Position numbers and translations under genes: made by a program. The notes under the pieces are model-generated. The model had not been told where the DNA came from. It saw nothing but the letters and a program-made list of their open reading frames with translations, and did not search any database. A stretch of 64,000 nt of DNA, taken from positions 148,931-212,930 of the forward strand of contig CAVPJD010000011.1 in NCBI GenBank assembly GCA_963705165.1, written 5' to 3'. Position 1 is the stretch's first letter, and each line of letters opens with the position of its first letter. Origin of the DNA: an uncultured delta proteobacterium. Lineage in GTDB: Bacteria; Desulfobacterota; Syntrophia; Syntrophales; UBA2192. Below, piece by piece: positions 9,612 through 18,854 of the stretch.

Positions 9612-10010
9612 CTATTGCGGTCTGATCCAGACGCTTGAGTTCGTCCCTTTAACGGATCCGACTCCGTCCGCTTTCACGTTGATTTGAGAATTTGAAACTT
9701 TCGTAAAGGTTAATGTGTAGTCCCCTGCATTCTTGAGAGTCGGGTCTACTACATTAACCTGGTTCAGCATAAAATCCACGGTGCTTGTCGTGGATGAAAG
9801 AAGGTTCCTCGCAAACTGATTGGACAGCCTGGATTTTCCCTCGGCGACGGCCTGCATGGCGGCTTTGTCCGATGCGACACTCGTCAGGTCCATGAACCTG
9901 GGAATGGCGACGGCCGCGAGAATCCCCAGGATCACCAGCACGGCAATGATTTCGATCAACGTAAAACCTTTCTGATTACTCACTTTCGATCGCCTCCTTG
10001 ACATGGTCAC
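9612..10010 (-). CDS. Type IV pilin (MshA-like), probable major pilin
   Basis: QKG|FTLIEIIAVLVILGILAAVAIPRFMDL; AAGGAGG RBS before GTG; sigma-54-like promoter upstream. Confidence 0.93.
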   Translation of the reverse strand: MTMSRRRSKVSNQKGFTLIEIIAVLVILGILAAVAIPRFMDLTSVASDKAAMQAVAEGKSRLSNQFARNLLSSTTSTVDFMLNQVNVVDPTLKNAGDYTLTFTKVSNSQINVKADGVGSVKGTNSSVWIRPQ

Positions 10011-10313
10011 AAGCCCTCCTTCACATTGTAGATTTCTCTCTCTTCAGACTCCGTAAACCCCATTTATCGCACGTTCGTGCGGCGACCGGCGGCACACCAG
10101 ATTCCCCAACCAGGTGTACCTGTCCGAAAGGTGGCGCATTCTAAACTATTTCGTCCCGTTTTTCCACAGTTTTTCAGCCTCCAGGGCCCCTGGAGATCAT
10201 CCCCGCACTGCTTGCCGGCCTGCTGAAACATGCAGGGTCAAAACCCCTGGTCAACGGGTGATCCATCACCACCGACGGATGCCGGTCCTTCAAAATGACC
10301 TGCACAACGTCGG

Positions 10314-10329
10314 AGCATCATCCATGCCA
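10314..10329 (-). promoter_or_regulatory. Candidate sigma-54 promoter upstream of the pilin genes
   Basis: Minus strand TGGCATGGATGATGCT (GG-N10-GC). A second, weaker GG-N10-GC (CGGCACGGAAAAAGCA) lies at 10389-10404. Confidence 0.6.
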
Positions 10330-10460
10330 CGGGGAAAGGCAGTCAACCCGTAAAATAAAAAGGCCGCGGGTTTTCAGCACCTTAAACATGCTTTTTCCGT
10401 GCCGGGAGGACTCACCGGACCCGTTTGCGGCAGGGAAAACTGACATAAATTGTTGTAATG

Positions 10461-10477
10461 TCTACATATTATGTAGA
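10461..10477. promoter_or_regulatory. Perfect palindrome, candidate upstream activator sequence
   Basis: TCTACATA-T-TATGTAGA, about 130-150 bp upstream of the candidate sigma-54 site, in an AT-rich patch. Confidence 0.4.
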
Positions 10478-11794
10478 TTTCCTGATCGTTGTGACGTCGA
10501 TGTCGTACTTTTTCACCCGGTGCCAGAGGCTTCGCTCCTTGATCCCCAGTATCTGGGCGGCCTTGACCTGGACCCCGTCGGCCCGGGTGAGGGCATCGAT
10601 GATAAACCGTTTCTCGATCTCCGCAAGCCGGTCATCGATGCTGGCCTGCTCGGAAACCTCCTGTATGGCCTGACCCACCAGCCCCCCGGAGACCTGTACC
10701 GGAAGATGCTGGGGCTCGATGAGCCCGTTTTCCGTCATGACGGCTGCCCGTTCGATGACGTTCTTGAGTTCCCGGACGTTGCCGGGCCAGTGAAACCCCA
10801 TGAGGGTCTGCAGGGCCTTCGGCGAGATCTCCGCCGTTTTCGGCGCCGTTTCAACGAATCCCTGGGCGAGAGAAGGAATATCCTCCCGACGTTCTCTCAG
10901 GGGGGGAAGGTGGAGGGAAAAGACATTTAGACGGTAGAAAAGATCTTCCCTGAATTTCCCTTCCTGGACAATTTTCATGAGGTTCTTGTTCGTCGATGCG
11001 ATGAAGCGGACGTCGACCCGGATCGTCTTTGTCCCGCCCACCCGCTCGAACTCCTTTTCCTGCAGGACCCGAAGCAGTTTGGCCTGGGTCGTGAGCGGCA
11101 TATCGCCGATCTCGTCCAGAAGAATGGTGCCCCCATGGGCCAGCTCGAACTTGCCCCGTTTCTGAGTCGTGGCGCCCGTGAAGGACCCCTTTTCGTGGCC
11201 GAAAAGCTCGCTCTCCAGAAGGCCCTCGGGAATGGCGACACAGTTGAGCTTGATGAAGGGGCCCTCCTTTCGGAGACTGTGCTGATAAATGCCCTGGGCG
11301 ACGAGTTCTTTTCCCGTGCCGCTCTCCCCCGTGATGAGAACCGTGGCGTCCGTAGGTGCCACCTTGAGGATCTGGCTGAAGATCCCCCGTATGACCTTGC
11401 TCTGGCCGATGATCTCGGGAAAGAGCTCCCGGGCCTCCACCTTGGAGAGCATGCTCGTGACCTGTTCGAAGATGAGGTTGAACTGGCTGATGTCGTCGGC
11501 CTTCTGATCCACGGCGCTCTGGAGCTGGGATTTCGGAAAGGCGGGCAGGTTCTCCGCGTCCCGGATGAACTTCTTGATGGGTCTCAGGATCAGCCAGGTC
11601 ACGAGCAGCGCGCACAGAAAGGTGAACAACGCGATGCCGATCCCCCAGGACTTCAGAAGCCATGGCGTCTCAACGTTGTACCTCGCGTAGAAATCGACGA
11701 TCTGATAGGTGACGATCACGGCAAAGATCGTGATGCCGCTGAAGATGATGGGGATCAGGATATAGAGACTGATCTGGAACCGTGATTTCTGCAT
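10469..11794 (-). CDS. Membrane-anchored sigma-54-dependent transcriptional activator (2 TM + HAMP-like linker + AAA+ + Fis HTH)
   Basis: GESGTGKE Walker A, ESELFGHEKGSFTGA, LLDEIGDM, FREDLFYRLNV, WPGNVREL and C-terminal HTH. The N-terminus is two hydrophobic helices with no receiver domain. Confidence 0.93.
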   Translation of the reverse strand: MQKSRFQISLYILIPIIFSGITIFAVIVTYQIVDFYARYNVETPWLLKSWGIGIALFTFLCALLVTWLILRPIKKFIRDAENLPAFPKSQLQSAVDQKADDISQFNLIFEQVTSMLSKVEARELFPEIIGQSKVIRGIFSQILKVAPTDATVLITGESGTGKELVAQGIYQHSLRKEGPFIKLNCVAIPEGLLESELFGHEKGSFTGATTQKRGKFELAHGGTILLDEIGDMPLTTQAKLLRVLQEKEFERVGGTKTIRVDVRFIASTNKNLMKIVQEGKFREDLFYRLNVFSLHLPPLRERREDIPSLAQGFVETAPKTAEISPKALQTLMGFHWPGNVRELKNVIERAAVMTENGLIEPQHLPVQVSGGLVGQAIQEVSEQASIDDRLAEIEKRFIIDALTRADGVQVKAAQILGIKERSLWHRVKKYDIDVTTIRKST

Positions 11795-11801
11795 ATCGGC
11801 C

Positions 11802-13037
11802 TTAAAATCCCTTGGTGGCGACCTTGGTCAGATCCCACATGGGCAGGAAGACGGCGAGGGCAAAAAACCCGACGACAAAGGCAAGCCCCACGACCAGGAT
11901 CGGCCCGATGGCATCGGAGAGGCGTTTTACCGCGAAGGCCACCTCGTCATCGTAGTGGACGGAAACGGCCTGGAGCATCTCGTCGAGCTGGCCCGACTCC
12001 TCCCCGATCGCAACCATCTGGATGACCATGGGGGGGAAGTACCGGGCCGTGCTGAGAGGCCCCGAGATCCCCCGTCCCTCCTCCACCCGGTCCCTCACCT
12101 TGTCGAACTCGCGGGAAATGGCCGTGTTCCCGATCGTTCCCGACAGGATCTGCAGGGAATTCATGACAGGGACACCGCTTGCCTGGAGAATGGAGAAGAT
12201 GCTGGCAAAACGGGACATGGCCCCCTTCATGAAGAGAGGCCCCAGCAGTGGGATCCGCAGCAGGAACGCGTCCCTCACGAAGCGCCCCTGGTCCGTCCTG
12301 AAATAATAACTTGCGCCCCCAATCAGGGCAATGAGCAGGACAAGGGTGAAGATCCAGTAATCCGTCATGAGATGGTGAAGAAAGAGGCTCACCTTCGTCG
12401 GCCAGGGCAGGTCAAGACCCGCCTTGGAGAAGATGCCCACGAAACGGGGGATGACATAGTTGAGAAGCACAAAGAAGGCGATCCCCAGGGCCGCGACGAC
12501 GATGATCGGGTACTGGAGGGCCGATTTCACATCGGACTTGATCTTGTGCTCGTGCTCGAGGATGTAGATCAGCCGCTGCAGCACCTCCGGGATGGTGCCG
12601 CTGGCCTCGCCGGCCTTGATCATGCTGCGATAGAGGGTGTTGAACGTCGTCGGGTGCTTCGCCATGGAGTCGGAAAGAGGGGAGCCTTCCCGGACATCCT
12701 GGGTGATTTCCGTCACGATCCGCTTGAGTTTCGGATTGACCACCTGAACCTCAAGGACCTCCAGGAGCCGCATGATCGGAACGCCGGCAAGAAACATGGT
12801 GCGGAACTGCTTCGTGAACAGGATGATCTCCTGCATCGAGACCCCGGAGAATCTCTGCTGCAGGCTCTCCCACGAGAACCCGAAGAGGGCGCCTCGCTCA
12901 GACGCGACGGCAACGCGGGACGGGATGTAGCCCCGGCCGAGCAGAAGCGTCCGGGCCGCATCGAGCGATTCCGCATCGATGACGCCGGAGATGCTCATGC
13001 CGGTCTCATTAATGGCCTCGTAGGAATATTTCGGCAT
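11802..13037 (-). CDS. pilC: Type IV pilus/T2SS inner-membrane platform protein (PilC/GspF/MshG)
   Basis: MPKYSYEA, FTKQF..M..AG, AGEASG, SALQYP and IGEESGQLDEML. Confidence 0.95.
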   Translation of the reverse strand: MPKYSYEAINETGMSISGVIDAESLDAARTLLLGRGYIPSRVAVASERGALFGFSWESLQQRFSGVSMQEIILFTKQFRTMFLAGVPIMRLLEVLEVQVVNPKLKRIVTEITQDVREGSPLSDSMAKHPTTFNTLYRSMIKAGEASGTIPEVLQRLIYILEHEHKIKSDVKSALQYPIIVVAALGIAFFVLLNYVIPRFVGIFSKAGLDLPWPTKVSLFLHHLMTDYWIFTLVLLIALIGGASYYFRTDQGRFVRDAFLLRIPLLGPLFMKGAMSRFASIFSILQASGVPVMNSLQILSGTIGNTAISREFDKVRDRVEEGRGISGPLSTARYFPPMVIQMVAIGEESGQLDEMLQAVSVHYDDEVAFAVKRLSDAIGPILVVGLAFVVGFFALAVFLPMWDLTKVATKGF

Positions 13038-13045
13038 CTTAACTT

Positions 13046-13087
13046 CAGTGATCAGTGATCAGTGATTAGTGGCCAGTGGCCAGTGAA
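13046..13087. repeat. Heptamer tandem repeat (CAGTGAT/CAGTGGC) x6
   Basis: cagtgat cagtgat cagtgat tagtggc cagtggc cagtgaa. Confidence 0.85.
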
Positions 13088-13154
13088 ATTCAAAGAATGA
13101 AAGGGCTCTGTTCTTCTCTCCCCCCCTGCACCCTATACCCGATACCCTGGCCCC

Positions 13155-14894
<1,740 letters not shown>

Positions 14895-14983
14895 GGTTTG
14901 ACTCCCTACATGCCTTGTTGATGCCGAAAAATCAACCCCCTATCCCGCAGGCCCGACAGGGCGCAAGCGCAGGAAACGAGGAT

Positions 14984-16102
14984 TCAATTGCCGGCCTGCT
15001 CCTTCGGGATGTTCTTCCGGAAGAGGGAAGGCCCGGCTGGCTCCGCTGCGCCGGCAAGAGGCCGGACGCCTGCCGTTGCAGGCTTGCGGACAACGGCCCT
15101 CACGGGATCCAGCGAATAGACGGTCTTGTCCGATACCCGGGCCTGGTAGGCCGCCACCGTCCTGTCGCCCGGTTCGCCCGCCACCTCCCGCTTGCCCGCA
15201 ATCCCCGTCAGGACGGCCAGGGCAGCCACGCCCAGCGCGGCGGCCATCCCCCAGCCGATCGATCGCCGCCTCCGGCGGCGGGAGGCGCGGCTGCGGAGGC
15301 AGGACTGAACGAGAAACCAGCCTGCCCGGGAGCGGTTCCTGACGATCATCGACAGGATGACCTGGTGGCAGAGCATGACGACCTTGCGGGGCACACCCCC
15401 CGTGGCCAGGTAGATGGCGGCAAGGGCCGGTGTGGTGAACTCAACCGGTTCCTGGCCGGCCTGGCTGGCCTGGGCGATGCGGTGCTCGATCATCCGGCGC
15501 ATCTGGGTGAAATCGAGCGGCTTGAGACGCAGGCAGACGTTCATCCGGTCAGCGAAGTTTTCCCTGCGCTCCAGGATGGCGTTGAACTCGGACTGCGCAA
15601 AGATGACGATCTGCAGGAGCTTGAAACGGTTCGTCTCGTAATTGAGAAACTCGCGCAGGATCTCGATACAGAACCCGGGAAGCTTCTGCCCTTCGTCGAT
15701 GATGAGGACCACGACCTTGTCCTCGTCGATCCCCCGCCGGAAGAGGTGCTGCTTGATGGACTCCTTGAGCTGCCACTCCGTGAGTCCCGGGACGGAATCC
15801 ACAGCGCCCATCATCCGGGCGATGCCCGCCAGGAACTGGATGGGCCCGCTGAAATCGGGGTCCATGAGCAGGTGAAACTCCACAGCGTCATCGCCGTGGA
15901 GCTTCCGGATCAGCATGCGTGACAGGGTTGTCTTCCCCGTGCCCACATCCCCGATGACCACGTTGAGCCCCCGGCGCAGGCGGATGGAGATCTCCAGCTG
16001 CTGCAGGCAGTTGACATGCTGGGGGGCCTCGAAGAAGAACTCCGGCTCCGGTGAGTTGGAGAAGGGTTCCCTGTCGAGGTTGAGGCTCGTGAAGTAATTC
16101 AT
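14984..16102 (-). CDS. ExeA/GspA/MshM-family AAA ATPase
   Basis: EPFSNSPEPEFFF, GDVGTGKTT, LIIDEGQ, GGVPRKV; TM segment near the C-terminus. Confidence 0.92.
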   Translation of the reverse strand: MNYFTSLNLDREPFSNSPEPEFFFEAPQHVNCLQQLEISIRLRRGLNVVIGDVGTGKTTLSRMLIRKLHGDDAVEFHLLMDPDFSGPIQFLAGIARMMGAVDSVPGLTEWQLKESIKQHLFRRGIDEDKVVVLIIDEGQKLPGFCIEILREFLNYETNRFKLLQIVIFAQSEFNAILERRENFADRMNVCLRLKPLDFTQMRRMIEHRIAQASQAGQEPVEFTTPALAAIYLATGGVPRKVVMLCHQVILSMIVRNRSRAGWFLVQSCLRSRASRRRRRRSIGWGMAAALGVAALAVLTGIAGKREVAGEPGDRTVAAYQARVSDKTVYSLDPVRAVVRKPATAGVRPLAGAAEPAGPSLFRKNIPKEQAGN

Positions 16103-16104
16103 CT

Positions 16105-17766
16105 CTATTTCCCCGGGCTCGTCCCGGGAGGCTCCTTCTTCGGGGGTGCCGGCGCCTCGCCGGGCACTGCGGCCGCGGCCTGCGCCGGTGCCATAGCGGC
16201 CGGTGCCGCCAGGTTAGTGCCGTGCGGCGGCAGGATGTGCGGCGTGATGAAGATGAGCACCTCCTCCATCGTCTCGGCCCGGTTTTCCGTCTTGAAGAGA
16301 TACCCCAAACCGGGAATGTCCTTCAGCCCGGGGAAACCCGCGTCGGAAAGGAGGCTCCGCTGCTTCGTCAGGCCCGAGATCACGACGGTTTCGGCATTCT
16401 GGACGATCAGGGTGGTCTCCGTCTGCTTCTTGATGATGTAGGGGTTCCCCTGGACCGTCCGGGTCGAATCCACCTCGTCTTTCTTGACCCTGATCTTCAT
16501 CTTGAGGTTCTTGCCGTCGATGACATGGGGCGTGATCTCGAGCCGCAGCACGACGTCCTCGAACTTCACCTCCTGGGTGACGACGCCGCTCGAGGTGCTC
16601 GTCGCCACGTAGGGGACCTTCTCTCCGTTTTCCGTATAGGCCATCTGGTTATCGAGCGTCGTGATGGAGGGGCTCGAGAGGATGTTGAGCTTGCCGTCCT
16701 GCTGGAGGGCCTGGAGCTGCACTTCCAGGATGCTTTGCCCGATCGTGCCGAAGATGAGGCCCAGGGAGCCCGAGGCCCCTGCGGCGGCGATGGCCGCGGC
16801 ATCGGCAGGGAAATTGCCGGCGAAGCCCTGGCCCGCGATGCCCGTCGGCCCGAACGTCGGCGTGTAGTTGCCTGCCGTGGGGGATGTCGTCGTCGACCCG
16901 CCCGAGCCGCCCGGCGTGACGTAGTAGTTCTGCCCGCCCGCCCGGTTGGTGTAGATGCCGCCCCACTGCACGCCGAGGGTGCGCGCCGTGTCCTTTCCGG
17001 CCTCGACGATGTTGGCCTTGATGACGATCTGCGCCGTCGGCTTGTCGAGCCGTTCGATCATGGGGATCATCCGCCTGAGGTCGTCCCGCGTGGCCTGGAC
17101 GATCATGGAATTCGTGTGCTGGTCCACCAGGATGGAGCCGCGGACCTTTCCGTCCTTGTCCTTCGTGAGAAGCTCTTTCAGGCTGTCCCGGAGCTTGGTG
17201 GCGTCGGCATAGTCCACGGTGACGACCATGGTGAGGAGCTTCTGGCCGCGCATGCGCTCCCGGGCGGACTCCAGTCTGAAATCCCGCTCCATGTCCTCCG
17301 CGGTCAGGATGCGGATGATGTCGCCCTCCCAGGCGTATGAGAGGCCGTTGGTTTTCAGGATCCCCAGAAAGGTCTGGTCCCAGGGTTTATTTTCGACGTT
17401 GATGGAGGTCTCCCCTTTGACGCCGGAGCGCAGCATGATGTTCACATTCGCTGCCTGGGCCAGGGCCCGGAGGATGACGTTGATGTCCACGTTGTGCATC
17501 CGGAGCGACACGCGCCGCGTGGGCAGCGGCTTTTCCTTCCGGGCCGCCTCGTCGGTGATCAGCTCGTCCTCCTCGAGGGGCGGCATGTCCATGATCCGCG
17601 CCCGCCCCGTCGGCGAGTGACCCTTCGAGGCGTCCGCCATGGTGGTCCATTTTTCAAAGAAGGGGTCCTTCGCCTGTTTGAGGTCTTTCGCGCAGCCTGC
17701 CAGCGAAAGACCGATCACAGGAATGAAAAACCAGCATATCCATCGGTAAAGGGCTCTGCGTTTCAA
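16105..17766 (-). CDS. pilQ: Secretin (PilQ-type), lipoprotein, no AMIN domains
   Basis: Lipobox LSLAGC; N0/N domains; LSSPSITTLDNQ, LRLEITPHV, GFPGLKDIPGLGYLFK and EVLIFITPHI. Confidence 0.93.
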   Translation of the reverse strand: MKRRALYRWICWFFIPVIGLSLAGCAKDLKQAKDPFFEKWTTMADASKGHSPTGRARIMDMPPLEEDELITDEAARKEKPLPTRRVSLRMHNVDINVILRALAQAANVNIMLRSGVKGETSINVENKPWDQTFLGILKTNGLSYAWEGDIIRILTAEDMERDFRLESARERMRGQKLLTMVVTVDYADATKLRDSLKELLTKDKDGKVRGSILVDQHTNSMIVQATRDDLRRMIPMIERLDKPTAQIVIKANIVEAGKDTARTLGVQWGGIYTNRAGGQNYYVTPGGSGGSTTTSPTAGNYTPTFGPTGIAGQGFAGNFPADAAAIAAAGASGSLGLIFGTIGQSILEVQLQALQQDGKLNILSSPSITTLDNQMAYTENGEKVPYVATSTSSGVVTQEVKFEDVVLRLEITPHVIDGKNLKMKIRVKKDEVDSTRTVQGNPYIIKKQTETTLIVQNAETVVISGLTKQRSLLSDAGFPGLKDIPGLGYLFKTENRAETMEEVLIFITPHILPPHGTNLAAPAAMAPAQAAAAVPGEAPAPPKKEPPGTSPGK

Positions 17767-17778
17767 GGCCTGTCTCCT

Positions 17779-18267
17779 CTAGAATGATTCGTCCTTCAGT
17801 TTGATGACGATATTTCTCTGGTTCTGACGGTCGGCAATCACCGCCTGGGAGGGCTCCACGCTCTTCAGATAGAAGGCGCCGCCGAAGTCGAGCTTCTCGC
17901 CGACCTGGTACGTGTTCCCGTTGATGACGGCGAGCTTCTTCTCGCCCATGTCGACAAAGCCCGAGTAGACGATGTCCTGGGCGCCCGCGCCCCCCGGTCC
18001 CGCCTTCGCCGCAACCGGCATGACTTTCTTGTAGAAGGGGTCTTTCGCCCAGGTCGCTTCCGCCCTGGCAATCACATAACTTTCGTTGGGCGATGAGGCC
18101 ACCTTCTTGAGTTCCGCGGCGATTTCCTGGATGATCTTTTCCGACCCCGTATACTGCTCAGCCGGCTTTGCCCCCTGCCACGTGATGGCGGGCGACAGGA
18201 AGTAGACGAGGGCAAACAGGATCGAAAAGACCATGACGCCGACGATGATTTTTTCACGCTTGTTCAT
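17779..18267 (-). CDS. Pilus assembly protein in the PilP position (PilP/GspC/MshK-like)
   Basis: N-terminal TM, KDPF motif and LAVING..YQVGE beta-domain; located between pilO and the secretin. Confidence 0.7.
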   Translation of the reverse strand: MNKREKIIVGVMVFSILFALVYFLSPAITWQGAKPAEQYTGSEKIIQEIAAELKKVASSPNESYVIARAEATWAKDPFYKKVMPVAAKAGPGGAGAQDIVYSGFVDMGEKKLAVINGNTYQVGEKLDFGGAFYLKSVEPSQAVIADRQNQRNIVIKLKDESF

Positions 18268-18312
18268 TCAGCCATTCCTCTTGTTGAGCGGGCCCGTGCC
18301 TGCATCGGCCGT

Positions 18313-18846
18313 TCAGCCGACGACGAGCCACACCTTGAGCCGGAACTCCTTGGTCCCGGGCACTTGCTGGATCTCGATCTCCTCGACCTTTTCGACAAAA
18401 GGCCGGTCGCCCAGCTCGATCAGGAAATTCCGGAAGTTGTAATAGTCCCCTTTCAGGGTTGCGTGGACCAGCATTGCGGCCGAGCCTCCGACCAGCGAGT
18501 TGATGTCGGGGCTCACGGACAGGAGCTCCATTTTCGATTTCTGGGCCATGTCCTTGAAGATGAGGGATATCTGGTCCTTCTGCTCCCCGGAGAGTTTCGC
18601 CTTCGCAGGCAACGGAAGGTTTCGCTGCGCCTTGACCTTCATCCGCTCGAAGAGCTGCTTGGTCATGGGCGCGTAGCTCTGGTGGGTGTTGATCTTCGTG
18701 TTGAGCTCGTTGATCTCCGTGTCCAGCCTGGCGATGCTCCGGTAGTTGTAAAATCCGATGTAGGCGAGAATCAGGATGAGGCCCACCCCGATGACCAGGA
18801 GCGTCAGGCTTCGCGTTGCAAAGGGAAATTGTTTCTTCCGTTCCAT
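18313..18846 (-). CDS. pilO: PilO-like alignment-complex protein
   Basis: N-terminal TM, coiled coil, LKGDYYNFRNFLIEL...VEEIEI ferredoxin-like domain. Confidence 0.8.
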   Translation of the reverse strand: MERKKQFPFATRSLTLLVIGVGLILILAYIGFYNYRSIARLDTEINELNTKINTHQSYAPMTKQLFERMKVKAQRNLPLPAKAKLSGEQKDQISLIFKDMAQKSKMELLSVSPDINSLVGGSAAMLVHATLKGDYYNFRNFLIELGDRPFVEKVEEIEIQQVPGTKEFRLKVWLVVG

Positions 18847-18854
18847 GTTTGATC

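Noticed and set aside
9065..10010. Electrically conductive (e-)pilins
   Set aside because: Hand count gives about 7/117 and 8/115 aromatic residues in the mature pilins, below the roughly 9% usually used as a criterion, with long aromatic-free gaps. No cytochrome genes are in the window.
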